From a virus (taxonomy: Duplodnaviria > Caudoviricetes), in IMG/VR virus record IMGVR_UViG_3300033066_000581, positions 1-64,000 of that record: 64,000 nucleotides of DNA. One strand, written 5' to 3'. Shown here piece by piece: positions 55,714-64,000 of this stretch. The notes beneath the pieces were generated by a model. The model saw nothing but the letters and a program-made list of their open reading frames with translations, did not search any database and was not told the DNA's origin. Made by a program: the position numbers and the translations under genes. Each line of letters opens with the position of its first letter. Position 1 is the first letter of the stretch.

Positions 55714-57804
55714 ATGGCCTTTCCAGTGTCCGCAGGCGTAAACACTACAGAAATTGATCTTACAACAGTTCCGGCTGCAGTATCTACCACAGAAGGCGCA
55801 ATCGCCGGGGTATTTCGTTGGGGCCCAATTGATAAGCTTGTCCTTATCGATCGTGAAGACACTCTAGTTAATCGCTTCGGAAAGCCTACTAACCATAACC
55901 CAGAAACTTGGTTTGTTGCAGCCAACTTCCTATCATATTCAGATGGCATTTTCGTATCCCGTGCAGCCAACACATCAGACGCTACCGGAGCAAATGGTGT
56001 ACTTTCTGCGATGGCCAACACTTCAGCCATCACTTCAAACCTGGTGCACCTGGTGAAGAATGAAGACGATTATCTAACCAAGGAAGCTACGTTCGAATCA
56101 GGCGTTCAATATATCGCCCGTTGCCCTGGTGAGCTTGGCAACTCGCTGAAGATCTCGGTGTGTGATGCGGCTAACCAATACAGCTCAAATATCTCACTTA
56201 TATTCACCGTATCATATACAAACTCAACCGCTTCTATCATTACATTCACCGTAGGCTCAAATACGGCAAACGTTGTTCTGGTTGCATGCAACACAACCAT
56301 CACCAACACAGACATGGCTGCAGCCGCAACGACCGTGCAATCACAGCTGGTTGTTGGTGATATTTTGCAAGCCGGTAACTCTAGCGTTGGTAAACAATTC
56401 GTTCGCATCACTAGCTTGGGTACAGTTGGTAACTCAGTCGTTAATTCAGTAGCCAGAGGGTTCTTCACTCTAGGGTTCGAGTCACTATATTCATTGTCAG
56501 CCAACGTGACAGACACTACAATCTATCGTAACTGGGAATATTATAACGCAGTCGACTCAGCTCCTGGACAATCCAGCTACGTGGCCCAATTCGGTAATAC
56601 GGTAGCCAACGATGAAGTCCATATTGTTGTTTCCGACGAAGATGGTAAGTTCACAGGCGTTCCAGGTACGATCCTAGAGGTCTATAAGGGGCTATCTCGT
56701 GCTTCTGATGCTAAAACTTCAGATGGTGCAGTTAACTACTACAAGACGGTTATCAACAACAATTCACGTTACATTTGGTACTCAAAGGATCGCACCAACG
56801 CGGTTTCAAACACCTCAGCCAAAATCGCATCGTCAACCAACTCCAAGCCCCTAACGGTATCATTCATCAACGGTTCTGATGGTGACAATGAAACCAACGT
56901 TTCTGTTGGGGTCATCGCCACTGCATATGATAAATTCAGATCAGCTGAAGATATCGACGTGTCTCTACTCATGGCTGGTAAGGCCAAGGGTGGTACCAAT
57001 GGCGAACAAATGGCCAACTATCTGATCGACAACCTGGCCGAAGTCCGCAAGGATCTCGTCGTGTTCGTGTCTCCTGATAAGGATGATGTGGTAAACAACT
57101 CAGGTCGTGACGAATACAACGACGTTGGCGTGTTTAAGCAATCTCTGCGTTCGTCATCATATTACGTGATGGACTCTGGATACAAGTACCAATACGATAA
57201 GTACAACGACGTTTATCGCTATATTCCACTGAATGGCGATATCGCTGGCCTGGCGGCCCGTACGGATCAAACCAATGATCCATGGTTCTCTCCAGGCGGT
57301 TTCAACCGTGGACAGATCAAGAACGTTGTGCGTCTGGCTTGGAACCCCAACAAGACCGATCGTGACTATCTCTACAAGCTGAACATCAACCCAGTCGTGA
57401 CCTTCCCAGGTCAAGGAACTGTCCTGTACGGTGACAAGACTGGGCTATCTAAGCCATCCGCCTTTGATCGCATCAACGTGCGTAGACTTTTCATCACCCT
57501 TAGAAAGGCCATCAGCCGCGCGGCAAACTTCACCCTATTCGAGTTCAACGATGAATTCACTAGAGCGCAGTTCCGTAGCATCGTTGAGCCGTTCCTGAGA
57601 GACGTTAAAGGTCGTAGAGGTATCACGGACTTTAGAGTGGTCTGCGACGAAACAAACAACACGGCCCAGGTTATTGATGCCAACCAATTCGTTGGTGATA
57701 TTTACGTTAAGCCAAACCGTTCGATCAACTTTGTGCAACTCAACTTCGTAGCAGTCCGCTCTGGGGTAGAATTCTCAGAAGTTGTCGGCTCTTTCAACGG
57801 CTAA
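55714..57804 (+). CDS. gp18: Tail sheath protein gp18
   Basis: EIDLT, F.WGP, YDKYND.YR, PWFSPGG.NRG, GDKT, FDRINVRRLF, FEFND.FTR. Confidence 0.96.
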   Translation: MAFPVSAGVNTTEIDLTTVPAAVSTTEGAIAGVFRWGPIDKLVLIDREDTLVNRFGKPTNHNPETWFVAANFLSYSDGIFVSRAANTSDATGANGVLSAMANTSAITSNLVHLVKNEDDYLTKEATFESGVQYIARCPGELGNSLKISVCDAANQYSSNISLIFTVSYTNSTASIITFTVGSNTANVVLVACNTTITNTDMAAAATTVQSQLVVGDILQAGNSSVGKQFVRITSLGTVGNSVVNSVARGFFTLGFESLYSLSANVTDTTIYRNWEYYNAVDSAPGQSSYVAQFGNTVANDEVHIVVSDEDGKFTGVPGTILEVYKGLSRASDAKTSDGAVNYYKTVINNNSRYIWYSKDRTNAVSNTSAKIASSTNSKPLTVSFINGSDGDNETNVSVGVIATAYDKFRSAEDIDVSLLMAGKAKGGTNGEQMANYLIDNLAEVRKDLVVFVSPDKDDVVNNSGRDEYNDVGVFKQSLRSSSYYVMDSGYKYQYDKYNDVYRYIPLNGDIAGLAARTDQTNDPWFSPGGFNRGQIKNVVRLAWNPNKTDRDYLYKLNINPVVTFPGQGTVLYGDKTGLSKPSAFDRINVRRLFITLRKAISRAANFTLFEFNDEFTRAQFRSIVEPFLRDVKGRRGITDFRVVCDETNNTAQVIDANQFVGDIYVKPNRSINFVQLNFVAVRSGVEFSEVVGSFNG

Positions 57805-57832
57805 TATATAGAATACTAAAGGAGAAACGCGT

Positions 57833-58384
57833 TTGAGCTTCAACGTCAACGAGATCAAATCTCAACTTACTTACGGTGGTGCTAGACCTACACAATTCTA
57901 TGTGCAGTTTAGCAACCCCTCAGACTCGAGCGCCGATCTGAAGGTTCCCTTCATGGTCCAGGCTGCATCAATCCCGCCGAGCACGTTGGGACAGATCAAT
58001 GTTCCGTACTTCGGAAGAACGATCCCAGTCCCAGGTGATAGAACCTATTCGGCCTGGAACGTTAATGTCATGAACGACGAGGATTTCCTCGTACGTAACT
58101 CCATTGAAAAGTGGTCTCATGACATCAATTCCCCAGAAGGAAATATCAGACGATTCCCCGGGGCTTCTGCACTATTGACGCAAGGGACTGCCCTGGTTAC
58201 CCAAATGGGGAAGAATGGCCAAGCGCTTAGAACCTATAAATTCCACGGAATTTGGCCTCAAGAAGTTGGAGAGATTCAACTAGCCTGGGATGCAACCGAT
58301 CAAATTGAGTTGTTCCCGGTAACATTTGCATATGATTTCTGGACCGTGGTTCCTGGTCCAACTGGCGATGGTGGTGGGGAATAA
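57833..58384 (+). CDS. gp19: Tail tube protein gp19
   Basis: GGARP..F, VPYFGR...PGDRT...W, NDEDF..R...E.W. Confidence 0.93.
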   Translation: MSFNVNEIKSQLTYGGARPTQFYVQFSNPSDSSADLKVPFMVQAASIPPSTLGQINVPYFGRTIPVPGDRTYSAWNVNVMNDEDFLVRNSIEKWSHDINSPEGNIRRFPGASALLTQGTALVTQMGKNGQALRTYKFHGIWPQEVGEIQLAWDATDQIELFPVTFAYDFWTVVPGPTGDGGGE

Positions 58385-58403
58385 CCTTCCCACCACTAAT
58401 TTT
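58371..58403 (+). terminator. Rho-independent terminator after gp19
   Basis: GTGGTGGGGA-N6-TTCCCACCAC then TAATTTT. Confidence 0.65.
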
Positions 58404-58419
58404 ATGATAGGGTATTGAT

Positions 58420-60138
58420 TTGGCACAACTTTTTGGGTTTGAGATCTCCCGTATTTCCGATAAGGAAAAGGAAAAATTAGTTTCCTTTGTTCCTAAGCAG
58501 GAAGACGATGGTGCTACAACTATTCAAGCCGGGGGCGTGTATGGAACGTACGTAGACCTTGACGGGTCGATTAAAAATGAAGCGGAACTAGTTACTAAGT
58601 ATCGGGATGCTGCCCAGCAGCCAGAGATGGATATGGCCATTGATAACGTCATCAATGATGCTATCGTCCAAGAAGATGATAAGCCGATTGTCGAATTGGT
58701 TCTAGATGACGTTAAAGTTACTGCCAATATCAAGAAATTAATTCTGGATGAATTCCAAAATATTCTTAATCTGTTAGAATTCAACCAATATGCATATGAA
58801 ATCTTCCGTAGATGGTATATTGATGGAAGACTATACTATCACGTAATCGTTGATAAGGATAACGTTGCTGATGGGATTAAGGAGCTTCGTTACGTAGACT
58901 CCAGAAAAATGCGCAAGGTTGTAGAAACCCGTAAACGTAAGGTTAACACCAACGTTTCTGTGACAGAAACGTCATCAGAGTACTATATCTACTCTGATAG
59001 AGGGTTTAAGGGAAAATCATCCGGATATGGGGGTGGTAACACCACTCAGGGAAATACACTTCGCATTGCCAAGGACAGCATCGTCTTCGTTTCCTCTGGG
59101 TTAACCAATACCGAGGGAGACATGATCCTTTCGTATCTTCACAAGGCCCTGAAGGTCCTAAATCAGCTTAGAGCCCTTGAGGACTCGCTGATCATCTATC
59201 GTATCTCGAGAGCCCCAGAACGTCGAGTATTTTATATCGACGTCGGCAATTTGCCCAAAGCCAAGGCTGAACAGTACGTCCAGAGCGTCATGGCCAACTT
59301 CAAAAACAAATTAGTCTACGATTCTGCGACCGGCGAAATCCGTGATGATCGCAAGTTCATGACCATGCTGGAGGATTTCTGGCTTCCGAGACGTGAAGGT
59401 GGTCGTGGAACTGAAATCACCACCCTACCTGGCGGGCAGAACCTCTCACAGATCGATGATATCGAGTATTTCCAACAGAACCTATACAAGGCTCTGAACG
59501 TTCCAATCTCTAGACTACAGCCTGAGTCGACCTTCTCCTTCGGTAGAGCTACCGAAATATCGCGAGATGAAGTAAAATTCTCCAAATTCATTACCCGGCT
59601 GCGTGGGAAATTCTCAGTTCTGTTCCTAAAGCTACTTGAAACTCAACTGATCCTTAAGAATATCATCACGTCTGAGGATTGGGAAGAGTTCAAGCACCAA
59701 ATTAGATTTAAGTTTGCTACCGATAACTATTTTGACGAGCTCAAGGAAACTGAAGTTCTTCGTGATCGAATTGCAATGCTTAGAGATGTTGATGATTATG
59801 CTGGAAAGTACTATTCACATAGTTGGATCCGTAGAACAGTTCTACGTCAAACTGAAGAAGAAATTGACGAGATCGATAAAGAAATCAAAGAAGAGCTCGA
59901 CAACGAACAGTATAATCCTCCAGCAGACATGTCTGGTGAGCCCGATGGTGGGGCCCCGGAGAACCCAGGGGTAGGTGATGGTGGATCGGGCTCGGATTCA
60001 AATGATCCAGGAAACCAGCAGATCGACCTATCTTCTGAACCCCCACAAATTCTAGGAAAATTGGCCAACAGACAAGATGCAATAGGTCTCGCCGCCAAGC
60101 AAGAGATAGCATCAAGGCGTTCCGGAACAAAGTCTTAA
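58420..60138 (+). CDS. gp20: Portal protein gp20
   Basis: IYRISRAPERRVFYIDVGNLPK.KAEQY, EDFWLPRREGGRGTEITTLPGG. Confidence 0.97.
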   Translation: MAQLFGFEISRISDKEKEKLVSFVPKQEDDGATTIQAGGVYGTYVDLDGSIKNEAELVTKYRDAAQQPEMDMAIDNVINDAIVQEDDKPIVELVLDDVKVTANIKKLILDEFQNILNLLEFNQYAYEIFRRWYIDGRLYYHVIVDKDNVADGIKELRYVDSRKMRKVVETRKRKVNTNVSVTETSSEYYIYSDRGFKGKSSGYGGGNTTQGNTLRIAKDSIVFVSSGLTNTEGDMILSYLHKALKVLNQLRALEDSLIIYRISRAPERRVFYIDVGNLPKAKAEQYVQSVMANFKNKLVYDSATGEIRDDRKFMTMLEDFWLPRREGGRGTEITTLPGGQNLSQIDDIEYFQQNLYKALNVPISRLQPESTFSFGRATEISRDEVKFSKFITRLRGKFSVLFLKLLETQLILKNIITSEDWEEFKHQIRFKFATDNYFDELKETEVLRDRIAMLRDVDDYAGKYYSHSWIRRTVLRQTEEEIDEIDKEIKEELDNEQYNPPADMSGEPDGGAPENPGVGDGGSGSDSNDPGNQQIDLSSEPPQILGKLANRQDAIGLAAKQEIASRRSGTKS

Positions 60139-60141
60139 TAG

Positions 60142-60149
60142 TATAAATA
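60142..60149 (+). promoter_or_regulatory. Late promoter TATAAATA
   Basis: Exact consensus. Confidence 0.85.
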
Positions 60150-60174
60150 CTACATAATATTCTAGGAGAAGCAT

Positions 60175-60477
60175 ATGACCTACCAAATTTCAGATCTGAT
60201 TGTAGAATCATTGAATGATTCGCCAGTTGATGTTGAGAAAATCTTCGATGAACTAATGGAAGATCGTATCGCCGAAGCCATTCTTCTACGTAAGCAAACC
60301 CTGGCTAGCGCGCTAGTTTCTGAGTCTGCTGAACCAGATGAAGATGAAGATGATGACGTCGAATTTGACGATACCGACTTTGATGTTGACGATGACGACG
60401 ATACAGACTTTGGTGAGATCGATCTCGATGACATCGACTTTGACGACATCGAAGGGTTCGATGAAGATGACGACTAA
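60175..60477 (+). CDS. Acidic prohead core protein (gp67-like position)
   Basis: Directly after the portal; Asp-rich tail. Confidence 0.65.
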   Translation: MTYQISDLIVESLNDSPVDVEKIFDELMEDRIAEAILLRKQTLASALVSESAEPDEDEDDDVEFDDTDFDVDDDDDTDFGEIDLDDIDFDDIEGFDEDDD

Positions 60478-61243
60478 GACTCCAGACGAAGAAAAGAAAT
60501 TCGTCAAGGTTAACGACCCAAGTCTAAAGCACCGCCTGAAGCACGTGATCGTTAAACACCCAGACCGCAACGGTAACGGCGATGACGTATTCAATGCTGC
60601 AAACATCAAAACTATCGATAGAGCCAAGGAACGACATGGATATAATCCAGGCGAAGATGCTGAGATCTACGAAGATGACTCGGGAGAAGAAGCTGTGACA
60701 GAACAGACCCCCATCAACGAACTTTCAAAGCCTTTGCTAGGACGTTACATCAAAAGAGCCACAACAGATGTAGCCTTCCATGCCAATATGGCCGGCAAGA
60801 GCAAAACCAAGGCTGCCGTTGGCCACAATCGAGAACGCGTCGGGGCTAGAGCAATTGGAATTTCTAAGGCTACTGACCGTTTAACCAAAGAAGACCTTGA
60901 CGAAGCGCTCCAAGAGGCCTATGACTCTGGGTTTGTTGGTGCTGTTAACCACCATACCCCTGAAGGTAAGGCCAAGATCAAGCAAATTCAAAACATGGTC
61001 AAGGACCACAACAAGAAGATGCGGGCTGAAGGAAAGCATCATGAGCAACTCAAAGTGGCTGCTTACGGGCGTCTAGGAAAGAACAACCCCAACGCAGCGA
61101 AATATTCTCCGAACAACGAAAAGAGAATTGCGGCCGGCGGGAACAAGAATAACAGACCGCCAAAGATCTCTCCGCAGGATGCATCGCATGTTCGCATCCA
61201 CGTCACAAAGAAACGAAAAAATTGGGAAGGAAAGTGGGTCTAA
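60461..61243 (+). CDS. Prohead core/internal head protein with an ELS..L..Y module
   Basis: VTEQTPINELSKPLLGRYIKRA, DLDEALQEA linkers; lies between gp20 and gp21. Confidence 0.6.
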   Translation: MKMTTKTPDEEKKFVKVNDPSLKHRLKHVIVKHPDRNGNGDDVFNAANIKTIDRAKERHGYNPGEDAEIYEDDSGEEAVTEQTPINELSKPLLGRYIKRATTDVAFHANMAGKSKTKAAVGHNRERVGARAIGISKATDRLTKEDLDEALQEAYDSGFVGAVNHHTPEGKAKIKQIQNMVKDHNKKMRAEGKHHEQLKVAAYGRLGKNNPNAAKYSPNNEKRIAAGGNKNNRPPKISPQDASHVRIHVTKKRKNWEGKWV

Positions 61244-61809
61244 TGGCTATCACAACAGAACACAAAGCAATCATGGAACAGTTGATCACAGAGCTTTCTG
61301 ATGATACTCTGAAGTCATATCAAAAGAAGGCTAAAGCTCAGGTAGATGCTCTAGGGCACAAGCGCGGACCAAAGTCTAAAGCTGAAAAGGCAACTATTAG
61401 TAAAAGACAGGCTGGGTCATATAAGGCTACTAAAACCATTGGTGACCGAGCTGCTGTAGCATACGAAAAGCGCAGTGCAGACAATACTAAAGCCTTTCAT
61501 GAAGCAATTCACGACAGTCTGGCAGCACATGGGTTTAAGCACGCAAACGAAGGACCCAAACATGACGTTTGGGTGAAACACCACAAGTCGGGCGTTTCAA
61601 TCTTCGCAAAGCATAAACACCCATCTGATCATCACCGCGACGGTGAACTTTCAATGATTTCTTCTGATGGACATTCAACCCACGTTCAAAGACCATGGGG
61701 GTTGAATAAACCAACAGAAGCAGTAAAGACCGACACGCATGACGAAATTAAGAAATTCCACGATCGCGTCATCAAAGACAGAACCGAAGATAACGAGTAC
61801 GGTAGATAA
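61243..61809 (+). CDS. Internal head protein candidate with an ELS..TL..Y module
   Basis: LITELSDDTLKSYQKKA...KRQAGSYKA. Confidence 0.6.
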   Translation: MAITTEHKAIMEQLITELSDDTLKSYQKKAKAQVDALGHKRGPKSKAEKATISKRQAGSYKATKTIGDRAAVAYEKRSADNTKAFHEAIHDSLAAHGFKHANEGPKHDVWVKHHKSGVSIFAKHKHPSDHHRDGELSMISSDGHSTHVQRPWGLNKPTEAVKTDTHDEIKKFHDRVIKDRTEDNEYGR

Positions 61810-61812
61810 TTC

Positions 61813-62205
61813 ATGGCATATACAATCACATCCAACAAGAAAAACGCATCGATAGTTATTCACGCTTCAGCGAATTCTGGAAATGTGATCGTTGTCGGTA
61901 ATTCAACTGTATCCAATATCGCATCTGGCAATGAGATTGTCACTGGGGCATACATTTCTCAGATCATTGCGGGTTCTCCATCTGGCAACGCGGCGTATTG
62001 GGTCATCAAACGCGGAGCCAACGTAGTGTCAGTCGTAGATTCATCAACGATGATCGACTATGCTGGATCTGGAATGAGTCTTAATGTCGATGCTGCTGCA
62101 AATGTTGTGATAGAACTCGTCGGAGCCACGAACGGAGCCATCATGATTGAACTCCAGAAGCAAACCAGTACCTCAGATTACTACACTCAACCATTGGTGC
62201 CATAA
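61813..62205 (+). CDS. Hypothetical virion protein
   Basis: Beta-rich; coupled to gp21. Confidence 0.6.
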   Translation: MAYTITSNKKNASIVIHASANSGNVIVVGNSTVSNIASGNEIVTGAYISQIIAGSPSGNAAYWVIKRGANVVSVVDSSTMIDYAGSGMSLNVDAAANVVIELVGATNGAIMIELQKQTSTSDYYTQPLVP

Positions 62206-62885
62206 TGAAGCTGATCACTGAAACTATCGAGAACGTAGGCGTAATTGAAGAGGCTGTTGATAGTACAGGCAAGAAGAGCCTGTTTATTGAAGGCGTATTC
62301 CTACAGGCCGGAGTAAAGAACCGCAACGGCAGAATTTATCCTCCGGAGATCCTCTCTAGAGAAGTTAACCGATACGTTACTGAGAATATTAATCCAGGCC
62401 GAGCTTACGGTGAACTTGGACACCCAGCTGGCCCAACTATCAATCTCGATCGCGTCTCCCACATGATCAAATCGATCAAGCAGGAAGGCAACAATTTTAT
62501 TGGTAAGGCCAAGATCCTTGATACCCCGATGGGGAACATCGTTCGCAACCTAATCGCTGAAGGCGCCCAATTGGGAGTTTCTTCGCGTGGTATGGGTACA
62601 CTAAAGATGAATAGTCAAGGCATCAACGAAGTCCAAAACGATTTCCATATTGCCACCGCTGCCGATATCGTTGCTGATCCTTCGGCTCCTGATGCGTTTG
62701 TGAACGGGATTATGGAATCAAAGGAATGGGTATGGAGTAATGGCCAGTTCATTCCAGCAAAACTAGAAGAAATTAGAGAAGATATTGAAACTGCAGCTAG
62801 ATCTCGTCAATTAACCGAGCAAGCCAAGTTCAAGGCCTTCACTAAGTTTATTCAAAACATCTCAAATTCACAATCTTATAAATAA
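62205..62885 (+). CDS. gp21: Prohead protease gp21
   Basis: MKLITE, NRNGRIYP, GELGHP, GVSSRGMG, DIVADPSAPDA. Confidence 0.96.
   Translation: MKLITETIENVGVIEEAVDSTGKKSLFIEGVFLQAGVKNRNGRIYPPEILSREVNRYVTENINPGRAYGELGHPAGPTINLDRVSHMIKSIKQEGNNFIGKAKILDTPMGNIVRNLIAEGAQLGVSSRGMGTLKMNSQGINEVQNDFHIATAADIVADPSAPDAFVNGIMESKEWVWSNGQFIPAKLEEIREDIETAARSRQLTEQAKFKAFTKFIQNISNSQSYK
62877..62884 (+). promoter_or_regulatory. Late promoter TATAAATA
   Basis: Exact consensus overlapping the gp21 stop. Confidence 0.8.
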
Positions 62886-62910
62886 TTCAAAACCTAAGGA
62901 GTCTCAGATA

Positions 62911-63879
62911 ATGGCCGTTAACGAAACAGTGGAACTTGACGAAACTGCAGCTGCAGATACTCTGAAGCCAGGCAGCAAGACCGAGCTACTTCAGAACGCT
63001 CTTTCAAAGATGGCCGGAATGTCATCTGAAGATTTGTCACATTTCCTAAATGATTCTCTGGCACAAGTCGGAAATTCATCGGCCGGCGTGCCTGAAGGCG
63101 CTGCAGCAAAGAACAAGGCTTCTATCGCAATGAAGGAGTCTATCAAGGAAGACATTGACAGCATGTTTGGTGAGGATCTCTCTGAGGACCTTAAGGACAG
63201 AGCCACAATGATCTTCGAAGCAGCCGTCAGTGCTCAAGTCGAAATTGGTCTGGCCTCTCTAGCAGAAGAATTCCAAGAAGCCCTGGATGAAGAACTAGAA
63301 AATCAAGCAGCTGAGCTTGTTGAGAAGGTAGATCGCTATCTTTCGTACGTCACTGAACAGTGGATGGAAAAGAACGAAGTAGCCATCAACGGTGCACTAC
63401 GTCTTGAAATTGCTGAGGACTTCATCGGTGGTCTGAAAACCCTATTTGAAGATCATTATATCGACGTTCCTGACGACAAGTACGACGTGGTTGATGAACT
63501 AACCCAAACCGTCGAAGATCTTGAAGCCCGCCTGAACGAAAGTACTGCTCTAGCACTAGAGCTCATCGCTGAAAGAGAAGATCGTATCTCTAGTGATATC
63601 GTTCTAGAAGTTGCTGAAGGTCTTTCTGCAACTCAGGTTGAAAAGCTGAAGACTCTGTCTGAAGGTGTATCGTTCGACACCGAAGATGATTTCCGCAATA
63701 AAGTTCAAACCCTGCGCGAAAGTCTAATCGAAAAGAAGCCAGTCGCCGGTAAAACAGGTCTAATTGTCGAAGAATCTGCTGGTAAGACAGTAGATGAGCT
63801 TGATGAAGAAGATAAGAAAGTAATCAGCCCTCAAATGAGACGTTATGCTGATGCTATTTCTAGAACAGTTGCCCACTAA
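62911..63879 (+). CDS. gp22: Prohead scaffold gp22
   Basis: IFEAAV, VD.YL.YV.E.W...N, EDFI.GLK.LF..HYIDVP, M..Y..AI. Confidence 0.93.
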   Translation: MAVNETVELDETAAADTLKPGSKTELLQNALSKMAGMSSEDLSHFLNDSLAQVGNSSAGVPEGAAAKNKASIAMKESIKEDIDSMFGEDLSEDLKDRATMIFEAAVSAQVEIGLASLAEEFQEALDEELENQAAELVEKVDRYLSYVTEQWMEKNEVAINGALRLEIAEDFIGGLKTLFEDHYIDVPDDKYDVVDELTQTVEDLEARLNESTALALELIAEREDRISSDIVLEVAEGLSATQVEKLKTLSEGVSFDTEDDFRNKVQTLRESLIEKKPVAGKTGLIVEESAGKTVDELDEEDKKVISPQMRRYADAISRTVAH

Positions 63880-63898
63880 TACTTCAAAACTACAAACT

Positions 63899-63906
63899 TA
63901 TAAATA
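63899..63906 (+). promoter_or_regulatory. Late promoter TATAAATA
   Basis: Exact consensus before gp23. Confidence 0.85.
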
Positions 63907-63934
63907 AAACAAAAGCCTAAACAGGGAGAAAACA

Positions 63935-64000
63935 ATGAGCCAAGCGTATGATGCCGAACAGATTCTAGGTAAGTGGGGAGACATTCTAGATCACAATGAC
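63935..64000 (+). CDS. gp23: Major capsid protein gp23, 5' fragment
   Basis: GGAG RBS; MSQAYDAEQILGKWGDILDH matches the L..KW..IL.H start; synteny after gp22. Confidence 0.8.
   Translation, partial: MSQAYDAEQILGKWGDILDHND

Noticed and set aside
60338-60460. Met/Thr-rich N-terminus of ORF 60338-61243
   Set aside because: Alternate-frame reading of the Asp-rich GAT/GAC tail of the upstream gene
1-64000. Stop-codon reassignment as the cause of the fragmented genes
   Set aside because: Core genes are full length in the standard code, TAA/TAG/TGA all terminate genes, and the breaks coincide with endonuclease insertions

Overview
The window is 64 kb of a large T4-like myophage genome. The lysis cassette (spanins) indicates a Gram-negative host; an alphaproteobacterial host is only a guess. 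The minus strand (1-43.2 kb) carries replication and nucleotide-metabolism genes (gp41, uvsX, gp43, nrdC/B/A, thyX, gp61), two tRNA-Arg genes, a lysis cassette, a late-expressed block of probable head-packaged proteins, an RNA-repair island and glycosyltransferases. The plus strand (43.2-64 kb) carries tail fibres and the gp13-gp23 morphogenesis cluster. Main observations: (1) Four genes are each fractured by a free-standing homing endonuclease. Three are rejoined by split inteins (NrdA, terminase gp17, and a KxDG ligase-like protein); gp43 has no intein. At least three of the endonuclease genes sit behind a late promoter and a hairpin at their translation start. (2) A set of enzymes carries T4-internal-protein-like N-terminal capsid-targeting leaders, alongside modular polyproteins punctuated by gp21-type Glu cleavage sites. 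(3) A mini EF-Ts-like gene lies directly behind two tRNAs. (4) A conserved early promoter is spaced to give leaderless mRNAs. (5) Virion proteins are very rich in N-X-S/T sequons and lie next to a giant multi-domain glycosyltransferase. All calls come from manual motif recognition; no database searches were run.
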